DNA of 64,000 nucleotides from the NCBI GenBank assembly GCA_963676915.2, contig CAXXVK010000024.1, positions 1 to 64,000 on the forward strand, written 5' to 3'. Of the stretch, positions 51,093 to 59,456 are shown one piece after another. The translations under genes were made by a program, and so were the position numbers. Within the stretch, counting starts at the first letter, position 1, and every line of letters begins with the position of its first letter. The notes below the pieces were generated by a model. That model was given only the letters and a program-made list of their open reading frames with translations. It was not told where the DNA came from and ran no database searches. The DNA comes from Myxococcota bacterium (GTDB lineage: Bacteria > Myxococcota_A > SURF-8 > G963663525).

Positions 51093-52133
51093 TTAGGCTG
51101 GAGGATCGAGCAAGTAATAGTAAAGATTGAGCTTCTCAAGCCCATCCACGGGAACCGACAAACGGTTGACGACGACATGGCGACCATCGAATATTCGCAG
51201 GTTTTCGTCAAGTTTTCGGGCGGCATCTGTCGGTAGATCCCGTTGGAGATTTTCGACGGTCAGGCCGTTTTTCCACAGACTGAAATCCACTTCCGAGCAT
51301 TTGTGGATGTCGGAAGAGTCGGGGTGATCGATCCGCTGGATATAGATGAAATCGTGCAGTCCCTTGTTGCGGGGGCCGTCGAGCCATTTCCCGATCAACG
51401 GGTGCTCGGCGAATTCGGTGCGTAGCGTTGGGGCATCGAGAAAATCGTAAAGATAATACAGTTTGATCCCACGAATTCCTGTTCCTGAAAAATCCAGGCC
51501 GAGCAGATGCAAACGCTTTAGGGAGGTCTGCGGCGACAAAGGGAGACGGTTCGGGAAAAAGTGCTTTAGAAACAAAGACTTCAACTCTTGCAAGCCTTGC
51601 GGAAACTGAAAATACAGTTTGAGTCGCCACCGTTGCGGGTCGGCATCGATTCCCCACAAAAGCTGTTCGACAAGGGGAGGGCGAGCCGGTTTTAAAAGTT
51701 GGGGTGAAAACGTTTTCGTATTTGGATCGAGAGCATCGAGACAAGCGGACAGCTTTTCGAGGACACCCGGTTGTGTGCTGGTGGTAAGTTGCGGATAACT
51801 GTAGGAAAAACGATACAAAGATGCGTTGTTGTCGTACAGCGACATCGAAAATTCCAACAGGTTCGAATACTGTTGCATGGCGTCGTCGAATTGCTCCAGC
51901 AGAATCGTTTCCATGTCCCGATAGGGAGAATCGTGCAGGCCGGAGTGTTTGCGCAGTCGTTCGAAATGTTCGTGACAAGCGGCGAGATCGACGCGGCGAC
52001 AGTCTTTGAAGCAGCCCCGGATTTCGGCTTTTTCTCCCTGTCGTCGCGGGAAGCAATCGAACCACTCCCGACACAGTCGGCAACGTGCCGTAGGTAGCTC
52101 GTGAGGGCCGGGATTGTCGTAAACGGAACTCAT
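51093..52133 (-). CDS. Hypothetical protein: Cys-rich N-terminus plus possible ABBA/LynF-like prenyltransferase barrel
   Basis: CRLCREWFDCF..CFKDC..C; LEFS..YRFSY, WGIDA..RLKLYFQF, LGLDFS..GIKLYY; ends 10 nt before the rSAM start. Confidence 0.6.
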   Translation of the reverse strand: MSSVYDNPGPHELPTARCRLCREWFDCFPRRQGEKAEIRGCFKDCRRVDLAACHEHFERLRKHSGLHDSPYRDMETILLEQFDDAMQQYSNLLEFSMSLYDNNASLYRFSYSYPQLTTSTQPGVLEKLSACLDALDPNTKTFSPQLLKPARPPLVEQLLWGIDADPQRWRLKLYFQFPQGLQELKSLFLKHFFPNRLPLSPQTSLKRLHLLGLDFSGTGIRGIKLYYLYDFLDAPTLRTEFAEHPLIGKWLDGPRNKGLHDFIYIQRIDHPDSSDIHKCSEVDFSLWKNGLTVENLQRDLPTDAARKLDENLRIFDGRHVVVNRLSVPVDGLEKLNLYYYLLDPPA

Positions 52134-52341
52134 GCGCGGTCTTTCATTCGTGACGATTCCGCAATTGTACCGTTGGAAGCTCGTGTCGGTCAACCGGGTG
52201 GGACCATGCAACGATGATTTTGTATCGAAGAAGTGAGAAAAACCAACGAATCCGGAATTCTTCAAGATTTGTTGGGATGTGGGGGTAACGTTTACGTGGG
52301 TTGGACGAAGAATCTCCATGCCTACTACAAAGACAAAACGT

Positions 52342-52368
52342 GCGGACGGGGATACAATCCCCGTCCGT
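52342..52368. terminator. GC-rich hairpin, possible minus-strand terminator of the PPC gene
   Basis: CGGACGGGGAT-ACA-ATCCCCGTCCG; followed on the minus strand by GTTTTGTCTTT. Confidence 0.5.
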
Positions 52369-52441
52369 ATGTTGAGTTTTATTGTTGCGTTGATAATCCG
52401 ACGTAAAGTGAAGAATTCAGGTTGAGAGGCATCAATCAATG

Positions 52442-52539
52442 GATGGGTGCCACGGTCTTCGATTCGAAGAATCGATGGCCGTGCAACCTATTGGAATCTC
52501 ACGGCCATTGCCCTCCGGGCAAAGACCGTGCCACCCGTC
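52442..52539. repeat. GGGTG-footed REP doublet (REPIN-like), second family
   Basis: GGGTGCCACGGTCTT...ATGGCCGTG / CACGGCCAT...AAGACCGTGCCACCC nested inverted repeats. Confidence 0.65.
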
Positions 52540-52571
52540 AATGTTGTTCCATAGTATCCCGAGCAATTTTC

Positions 52572-55196
52572 TTACGGACTATCCGAGAGCCAAAGCTCCA
52601 ATTCGTATTCGTTGCCGACCTCTTGATTGGCTCCAACCACCTGCAAATAATAGTAGGCGAAAGCTTCGACATCGTAGATGATGTGTTCGTTGTTCGATCG
52701 GCTGGTGCTGGATAGGATCACGTTGTCGTAGCCATCGTACAGGTAGATGTCCAGGTCGCCCATTGCGTGAATAAACGTCACGTAAATGGTCAGTCGTGGC
52801 AACTGGCCACCCCAGTCGCTGGAACTGACGGGAATGGCGAACCAGTCCTCATCCTCGGGACAAATATAAAGGTTGGAGGTTACACCCATCGGTGCGATGG
52901 TTGGCCGGGACGAGCTGTCGTTGTCTTCGTAAATATCTTCACGACAACGCTTGATTTCCACGCTGTAAGCCACTTCGCGCGGGGTGATCGGCGGTGGGGC
53001 GAATTTCAGATAATGACGGCCACCGGGATTGACCACCTTGTCGAAGTACACGCCTCCATCCATCGAAATCGGATTTTGCACCGAAAACAGGCTGGTATTC
53101 AGGAAATGTGTGATCATCGGTTCGTCACCGACATCGTATCGGATGTACGCCTCGACGTGCTCGTTGTCGGCGAGATCCAGCGCCAGCCAGTCTTCGTCGT
53201 CCGGGCAGATCGTCATCTCGATGGTGCCTTGCTCCATTACGATCGCCTGTACCGTGCTGTCGTTGTCCTCGTAACCGTCCTCCGCACAGATGGCATCGAA
53301 CCCCTTTGCTACATACAATGTTCCCGACGTGGCGTAGTTGGAGAGGATATAGGCATACAGCAGGTAATCTCCTGCGGTTTCAGCCGTATAGACGAGCACT
53401 TCGTTGTCCGATGTCGAATCGCTACGTTTGACTTCTTCGCCGTTGGCGTTCACCAAGCGAAGGTCGATGTTGCCGTCTTCCTGCTGGAAGGTCAGGTCCG
53501 CTCGAATGGTTTCTCCTTGATCGAGATGGTAGGAGAAGATGTCGGCGTCCCAGGGACAGAATTGAAGCGAAATGGCGGTATCGACAAGTCCCGTGGTGGC
53601 ATCTTCGGGAAGGTTGTTGGGTTCGTACTCGTCGTTGGTGCATCCGCCATAAGGCGTTACGTGAACGTTGATGCTATAGGGAGAGCGCCAGCCGGTCCAA
53701 AGGGACCGATGCGTCACATAAATAATGTGTTGGCCCCCTTCATTCAGGGGAACCGTATAGGACACCGAACCTTCGAAGGTATCTTGGTTGAAACAGCGCA
53801 TTTGCACCGGGTTGACGGGAATCAGGCAGATTCGGATGTGTCCGTACATCTCAGAGGTAAAACTGACCTCCACTTCATCCCGATCATCCAGCACGATGGA
53901 ATAGTAATCGCTGTCGTCTTCACACAAAATAAGATCCTGGAACAATCCGGCGTGCAATTCGGCGGGGTCTTCCAAAGAAGACGGTTCGTAAGGATCGTCC
54001 AGACAGGCCGGGACATATTCCTCTTCTTCCACGTCCGCAAGCTCGATTTCCGATTCTTCCTCCTCCTCGTCTTCCCAGGTTTCTTCCTCGAACTCCTCTT
54101 CGTCCGGTTGCTGTGGATCTTCGATGGTCACATACAAGCTGTAAAGATTACGCACACCGCTTCCCTGTCCGCGCACCATGACGTACGCGGTGGAGGCCCA
54201 AGTGGTTTCGTAGCTGATTTCCTCGAAATTCTCGGTCGTGTTGCTGGCCAGCAGAATGCTGTTGCTGTCATCGCGCACGGCCAGGGAGAGATCGCCGAAG
54301 GAATAGGTATAGGTGATTTTTACCGTGACGACTTTGTCCGCTCCTACTTCGAAGGAGAACCAGTCGATATCCGAAAGACAGATCGACAGGTCTTCGTACT
54401 CACCGGGATCGATCCAGCTTGCCTGACTTTGGTACTGATTGTTGGCTTCCGCATCGAAGACATCGATAGGACAAACCCAGGTGGTTTCGTCGGCGTCTCG
54501 CTCGATTTCCTCTTCCACCTCTATTTCTTCCGCTTCCGGTTCGGTTTCTTCTTCGCCCTCCCCTTCGCTTTCTATCTCTTCCGCTTCAATTTCGATTTCC
54601 TCTTCGTCGAAATCTTCGAATTCTTCCTCTTCGAAATCGTTTTCTACTTCCTCATCGGGTACTTCTTCGCAGTATGCGCCACCCGCGCCGGGGTCGATGC
54701 AGTCGCCGGGGCAGACTTCGGTCCCCGCCAGGACGCATTTCGGAATGCAATCCGGCGCGGCGGTGAACGTGTGTTCGTAACGAACCCGCTGGCTTCCGAC
54801 ACAGAGATATCCGGATTCTCCCGGAGTTCCGTTGGGGGGGAAGCAATTTCGAGGCTGCACGCCGTCACAGGTCAATTCGATTTCTTCCTCTTCTTCGGCG
54901 TCGTTTTCTTCGGTATCCGTTGCGTCCGTATCGACACCTTCTTCGGTGTCATCCAAGCTGTCGTCTTCCGTTTCGGCGGTGTTGTCGTCTTCATCCGCCG
55001 GAGTTACGGCTTCGTCCTCGTCTTCCTGTTCTTCTTCAATGTATGGATCTTCCGTGCTCTCGTCGGAAAGTTCATTTTCTTCGGAAGAATCGCCCGGAAT
55101 GATGGGGTTGGATTTCACACCATCCGTACACGCGAATGTTCCACCCAGGAAAAGCAGAAAAATAATAACGGGTAACCAGTTGATTTTACGGGTCAT
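52572..55196 (-). CDS. Acidic lipoprotein with five tandem PPC-like domains
   Basis: Lipobox TFAC; repeats CPIDVFD, CLDDPYEP, CTNDEYEPNN, CAEDGYEDND, CREDIYEDND, each followed by C..D.D[WYI][FYL]; GDLDIYLYD. Confidence 0.85.
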   Translation of the reverse strand: MTRKINWLPVIIFLLFLGGTFACTDGVKSNPIIPGDSSEENELSDESTEDPYIEEEQEDEDEAVTPADEDDNTAETEDDSLDDTEEGVDTDATDTEENDAEEEEEIELTCDGVQPRNCFPPNGTPGESGYLCVGSQRVRYEHTFTAAPDCIPKCVLAGTEVCPGDCIDPGAGGAYCEEVPDEEVENDFEEEEFEDFDEEEIEIEAEEIESEGEGEEETEPEAEEIEVEEEIERDADETTWVCPIDVFDAEANNQYQSQASWIDPGEYEDLSICLSDIDWFSFEVGADKVVTVKITYTYSFGDLSLAVRDDSNSILLASNTTENFEEISYETTWASTAYVMVRGQGSGVRNLYSLYVTIEDPQQPDEEEFEEETWEDEEEEESEIELADVEEEEYVPACLDDPYEPSSLEDPAELHAGLFQDLILCEDDSDYYSIVLDDRDEVEVSFTSEMYGHIRICLIPVNPVQMRCFNQDTFEGSVSYTVPLNEGGQHIIYVTHRSLWTGWRSPYSINVHVTPYGGCTNDEYEPNNLPEDATTGLVDTAISLQFCPWDADIFSYHLDQGETIRADLTFQQEDGNIDLRLVNANGEEVKRSDSTSDNEVLVYTAETAGDYLLYAYILSNYATSGTLYVAKGFDAICAEDGYEDNDSTVQAIVMEQGTIEMTICPDDEDWLALDLADNEHVEAYIRYDVGDEPMITHFLNTSLFSVQNPISMDGGVYFDKVVNPGGRHYLKFAPPPITPREVAYSVEIKRCREDIYEDNDSSSRPTIAPMGVTSNLYICPEDEDWFAIPVSSSDWGGQLPRLTIYVTFIHAMGDLDIYLYDGYDNVILSSTSRSNNEHIIYDVEAFAYYYLQVVGANQEVGNEYELELWLSDSP

Positions 55197-55359
55197 TGGA
55201 AGAATCCTTCTCGTTCGTTTCCACGTCGAACCGTTGTGAATCGTCGATCCGTGCCGTTAGACGTCTCCAACTTCAATAAATTCAAGGTAATTATACCGTA
55301 TCGACGCTCGGATGCATTGCCCTTTTCGAATCGTTTTGCAAAAATTGTTACCAAAACGC

Positions 55360-55387
55360 AAAAAAGCCCGCCGGTAACCCGGCAGGC
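55360..55387 (-). terminator. Intrinsic terminator of rpsT
   Basis: Minus strand GCCTGCCGG-GTTA-CCGGCGGGC-TTTTTT. Confidence 0.8.
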
Positions 55388-55425
55388 GTAATGATAGCGC
55401 TAGAAGCAATCGTCGGAAACGAAAA

Positions 55426-55707
55426 TTACTCGGCAGCGATTTCCGCGAGAATCTTGTTGACGGTCTTCGCCAAGCGACTGATATGACGCGAAGCGTTTTT
55501 CTTGTGGAGGATTCCCTTCGACGCCGCTTTATCGTACAGCTTGCTGATTTTCGGGAAAGCCGTCTGAATCTCTTCCGCCGTTCCCGTGTCGAGCAGAGCG
55601 AAGAACTTTTTCAATTCCGTACGCAAGGTGCTTATTTTGTGGCGATTGCGTAAACGGGCTTTTTCATTGGTCTTAATGCGTTTGATTGCCGACTTGTGGT
55701 GTGCCAC
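55426..55707 (-). CDS. rpsT: 30S ribosomal protein S20
   Basis: AHHKSAIKRIKTNEKARLRN, DKAASKGILHKKNASRHISRL; AAAGGAGG RBS. Confidence 0.98.
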   Translation of the reverse strand: MAHHKSAIKRIKTNEKARLRNRHKISTLRTELKKFFALLDTGTAEEIQTAFPKISKLYDKAASKGILHKKNASRHISRLAKTVNKILAEIAAE

Positions 55708-55766
55708 AACGTCCTCCTTTGAATCGTATCATTTCAGCCATTCACGTTCAGGTGAATGGACTCATC

Positions 55767-55795
55767 TTTTTAAAGACCGTAACGAGGATTGTCAA
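55767..55795 (-). promoter_or_regulatory. Likely sigma70 promoter of rpsT
   Basis: TTGACA-17 nt-TAAAAA on the minus strand. Confidence 0.45.
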
Positions 55796-56333
55796 GCAAA
55801 TTCCCTTCTTTTTTGCCTGTCGTGTCAAAACGTTCGCCTTCTTGACACATCTTCGCCAACGCTGCATTCCACGAGTCGGAGTCGGCGATCAGGCAAGACC
55901 ATCCTGAGCTTCCGCATTCATAACGCCAGAACTCAAGCACGAGGCCAACCACCTGCGATGAAAGCGGCTCTCCATACTGCCGGATTCGGAACAGCCCCAA
56001 GGCTTTTTCTTTTGCAGCGTTTCGGTAGATGTCCTCCACGGCCAGCGCAGCCACTGCAAGGGTGAAATCATCTGAATTTTCGGTGAGATAGCCAATCAAT
56101 GCGTTTCGGTTGTCGTGCTTGACGAGTTGCAGGCTGGCATCGGCTACAAGTCTCAACTGCCCTATAAAACACGCTTTTTCAAATCCTGTCATCCTCAATC
56201 GTCGGAGAAATTCTTCGTCGGAGAACCCCGGAACCTTCGCTTGAAAGGTTTCCATGAATCGAGTCAGGCATGGGCTTTCCAACGTAATGGGGGAAAAGCG
56301 CCGGTTGAGTTTTTCGAGGGTCGTCCACGGCAT
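55770..56333 (-). CDS. Hypothetical protein
   Basis: 187-codon ORF starting 2 nt after the MMPL stop, GGAGG RBS, fills the gap; no recognised motif. Confidence 0.55.
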   Translation of the reverse strand: MPWTTLEKLNRRFSPITLESPCLTRFMETFQAKVPGFSDEEFLRRLRMTGFEKACFIGQLRLVADASLQLVKHDNRNALIGYLTENSDDFTLAVAALAVEDIYRNAAKEKALGLFRIRQYGEPLSSQVVGLVLEFWRYECGSSGWSCLIADSDSWNAALAKMCQEGERFDTTGKKEGNLLDNPRYGL

Positions 56334-56335
56334 GT

Positions 56336-58672
56336 TCAGCCCTCCACGGTCTGGGGATGAGTCGGCAGGACGGGTACTTCGTAGCTGGAAGGCTCTTGGC
56401 TCGGCTCCAGGAATCGAGGACGTAGCCAGAGAACGAGCGAAGGCAGCAGCGCCATAGCTCCGGCCAGACAGGCTCCGATGCTTACGAAGACCAGGAACCC
56501 GAAGAACTGAACCGGGAGGAACGAGGAAATCATCAGCACGGCGAATCCGACGATCACCGACAGGGCGTTGAACACGATGCCACGTCCGGTGGTGGTCAGG
56601 GTTTCTACGACGGCTTTGCGGGCTTCCAGTCCACGTTCTCGTTCTTCTTTGTATCTCCAGAGGAAATGAATGGTGTAATCGACGCCGACGCCGATCATGA
56701 TGCTGCTGAGCATGGCGGTGGTGACGTTAAGCTCGATATTCATCAACCCCATCAGTCCAAACAGCACCATCATGGCGAGAACCAAGGGAACGCAGGCCAT
56801 CAGTCCGGCGGTGACGGAGCGGAACAGCAGCCCCACGAGAAGGAAAATGGCCAGCAGCGACAAAGACAGGCTGACGAGTTGCCCGCGAACCACTTCCTCG
56901 GCCATGTCGGAAAATACGTTGGCCATGCCGCCTACCACGGTGAACGGCGCGTCCGGGTGATTGTCTACATAGGTTTTGGCGTGATCGACGACCGAGCTGA
57001 TCGCTTTTGTCGTGTGGTTGTTGACCCGAGCCGTGATGTTCGCATGTTTGTAAGGAAAATCAATGAGTTTGTCGAAGTCGTCCGGTTCGCCACTCATGGA
57101 ATACAGTAGAAAGTATTGGGCGATGGCGTCACGGGAATCGGGAACCGTATTGTAGGCCGGGTCGTCGTCGTGCATGACTTCGTTCATGTCCCGCACGATT
57201 TCCGAAATCGAGGTGACGACATCCACGTCGGGGTGTTTTTCCATGTGTCGGTGCAAGTCGTCGATGGCGTTCATGACCTTCGGGGATTTGATGTCCCCGT
57301 CGGCAACGATCGACACCGCGAAATTTCCGCCGAAGTGGTCGTTGATCAGGTTGGCGCCTTCACGGACCGGTGCGCCTTCCGGGTAGTAGTTGACCGAATT
57401 CGTATCCACGGAAATCAGGAAGATTCCGCCGGAAATCCCCAGAGCTACCACCACGAACAGGGCGACAATCGTTTTTGGGAAACGAACGATGCCATTCGCC
57501 AGCCGATGCAGCAGGCGTTCGAGCATTCGGGGCTGGTCGCTTGAATCACCGGACTGGAGTTGCACCGGTTTGGCGCGAGGGAGGACGGTTTGCACGGCAG
57601 GGAGGAAAAACAGGCTGGCCAGCAGGGCAAAAGCCACACCCGCCGAAGCCAGGTACCCCATTTGTTCGGCAGGGATCAGGATATGGCTGCTCAAACACAG
57701 CAGCCCGGCAATGGTGGTCACGCCGGTCACGAGCACCGGTTTGGCCATGGCCAATACACCTTTTTTCGCCAGATCTCGGCGGCTTTCACGATTGCCGGGC
57801 AGATTGTCTTCCTGGTAACGGGCCACCATGTGAATGCCGTAATCGTTGGCCACGGCGATCAGCATGACGGGGAGGATCACCGTCACGACCATGATTTTCC
57901 AACCCAACAGCGGTATCAATCCCATGGAAACGACCACGGCCATGATCGTGATGAGAAACGGCAGCAACACGCCCCGAAGTTGTCGGAAACACAGGTAAAA
58001 GAAGATCAACATGACTAGCAGGCCGATCGGCATAAACGTCCGCATGTCGCGACCGATATCTTTCCCTATATTGGACCGAATGTACGGCGCACCACCAACA
58101 TGAACGGCTTCGGGGCCGGGAAATTCTTCGAGCAAAGCATCCAGTTTGCTCAGGACTTCGCCGTCGGTGGCGTCGGCATTCAGAAAACCTACGATGGAGG
58201 CGTGCTTGAAATCTTTCGAAATGACGCGACCATACACTTGATCGTTGTCCATCAGGGTGCGTCGAAGGGCTTCGCGGTCGGCTTTCGTTTTCGGGAGGGT
58301 CTCGATCGCCGGGTTGACGATCATCTCTCCGTCTCGACCATGGATATCTTTCAATGCGAACGGACTGAACACTTTGTCCAATTCCATCATACGTTCGAAG
58401 CGGTCGGAAAGTTTTTCGATACGTGCCAGCGTATCCGCATTGAGTACATCATCCGTCGAGAACGTCACGATCAGCATGTCGGTGCCGCCGAACAGTTCCT
58501 CGATGCGATCCAACGATTTGCGGGCGGGCATATCGTCGGGCATCTGGTTGGTCATTTCCGGGTCTACTTCCATTTTCGGCAGTTGAGCTGCAAAAAAGGC
58601 CGTGATTCCCAGAAATACGAAAATTGTGACCCAGGGATGTCGGACGACGGCGTTTGCGAGTTTCTCTAGCAT
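56336..58672 (-). CDS. MMPL/RND family transporter
   Basis: Two repeats with IAVANDYGIH and IGVGVDYTIH; about 12 TM segments. Confidence 0.93.
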   Translation of the reverse strand: MLEKLANAVVRHPWVTIFVFLGITAFFAAQLPKMEVDPEMTNQMPDDMPARKSLDRIEELFGGTDMLIVTFSTDDVLNADTLARIEKLSDRFERMMELDKVFSPFALKDIHGRDGEMIVNPAIETLPKTKADREALRRTLMDNDQVYGRVISKDFKHASIVGFLNADATDGEVLSKLDALLEEFPGPEAVHVGGAPYIRSNIGKDIGRDMRTFMPIGLLVMLIFFYLCFRQLRGVLLPFLITIMAVVVSMGLIPLLGWKIMVVTVILPVMLIAVANDYGIHMVARYQEDNLPGNRESRRDLAKKGVLAMAKPVLVTGVTTIAGLLCLSSHILIPAEQMGYLASAGVAFALLASLFFLPAVQTVLPRAKPVQLQSGDSSDQPRMLERLLHRLANGIVRFPKTIVALFVVVALGISGGIFLISVDTNSVNYYPEGAPVREGANLINDHFGGNFAVSIVADGDIKSPKVMNAIDDLHRHMEKHPDVDVVTSISEIVRDMNEVMHDDDPAYNTVPDSRDAIAQYFLLYSMSGEPDDFDKLIDFPYKHANITARVNNHTTKAISSVVDHAKTYVDNHPDAPFTVVGGMANVFSDMAEEVVRGQLVSLSLSLLAIFLLVGLLFRSVTAGLMACVPLVLAMMVLFGLMGLMNIELNVTTAMLSSIMIGVGVDYTIHFLWRYKEERERGLEARKAVVETLTTTGRGIVFNALSVIVGFAVLMISSFLPVQFFGFLVFVSIGACLAGAMALLPSLVLWLRPRFLEPSQEPSSYEVPVLPTHPQTVEG

Positions 58673-58687
58673 GTCTTTCTCCTTAAA

Positions 58688-58768
58688 ATGAACCTGAACT
58701 CAACTTCATATTTGTGACGGTACCGTGATGTGCGAGGTTTGTCAAGATGAATTTGAGTTCAGATTCAC
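58688..58768. promoter_or_regulatory. Pair of inverted TetR-type operators
   Basis: ATGAACCTGAACTCAACTTCAT (58688-58709) and ATGAATTTGAGTTCAGATTCAC (58747-58768): 19/22 identical as inverted copies. Confidence 0.65.
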
Positions 58769-58826
58769 TTTTTCCGTTGATTTTTTTCTCTCGGGTTGTT
58801 ATTTATGGAATAAGAGGAGGCAAGAC

Positions 58827-59447
58827 ATGACACCGAAGACTGTCAGCAAACCGAAACAAGCCCGTTCGATTCGTACGAAAGAGAAGATCATCGAAGCCGG
58901 AACGAAGCTGTTTTCCGAGATCGGTTACCGGAAAACCGATTCCAAGAAAATCGCCGAAACCGCCGGGGTGGCGATCGGTAGTTTTTACAATTACTTTCCC
59001 GATAAAAAGCAGTTGCTGCTAGAAATCTTCCGTCGCCATCTGGAAGATGCCCATAACGCAACCATGGGATTGAAAACCTTCGACGCCACCAAGCAAGACC
59101 CCAAGGCGTTTTTAGCCGGAATGTTGCGACATATTCTGAAACAGCACAAAGAAGGACCGGCTTTTCACCTGGAAATGGATCTGATGAAAAGCAGCGACGA
59201 GGATTTTTTCCAGCTTCATTTGGAAGAACAAACCAAGATCTTAGGGGCGGTGCAAGCCATGCTCGACAACAACCGCTCGGTTTTTCGTATCAAAGATACG
59301 GAGGCGGCGGCTTATGTCCTCGTTACATCCATCGAGGCCGTATTTCACTCCATGCTGCTTTTCGAGCCGCCTGTTTCTCAGGAACGGGTTCTGGCCGAGT
59401 TGACGGACAGTTTTATTCGTTACCTTCACCCTGATGATGGAGTATAA
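58827..59447 (+). CDS. TetR/AcrR family regulator
   Basis: PKQARS..TKEKIIEAG.KLF...GY..T...IAE.AGVAIGSFYNYFPDK; GAGGAGG RBS. Confidence 0.93.
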   Translation: MTPKTVSKPKQARSIRTKEKIIEAGTKLFSEIGYRKTDSKKIAETAGVAIGSFYNYFPDKKQLLLEIFRRHLEDAHNATMGLKTFDATKQDPKAFLAGMLRHILKQHKEGPAFHLEMDLMKSSDEDFFQLHLEEQTKILGAVQAMLDNNRSVFRIKDTEAAAYVLVTSIEAVFHSMLLFEPPVSQERVLAELTDSFIRYLHPDDGV

Positions 59448-59456
59448 GACAGGGGG

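Noticed and set aside
52134-52571. RiPP precursor peptide upstream of the rSAM pair
   Set aside because: No convincing short ORF with an RBS; the region is occupied by hairpins, and the track's 5' extension to 52439 looks non-coding
52767-55175. 802-aa plus-strand ORF
   Set aside because: Antisense shadow of the PPC lipoprotein; its Phe/Val/Leu-rich sequence mirrors GAA/GAC codons
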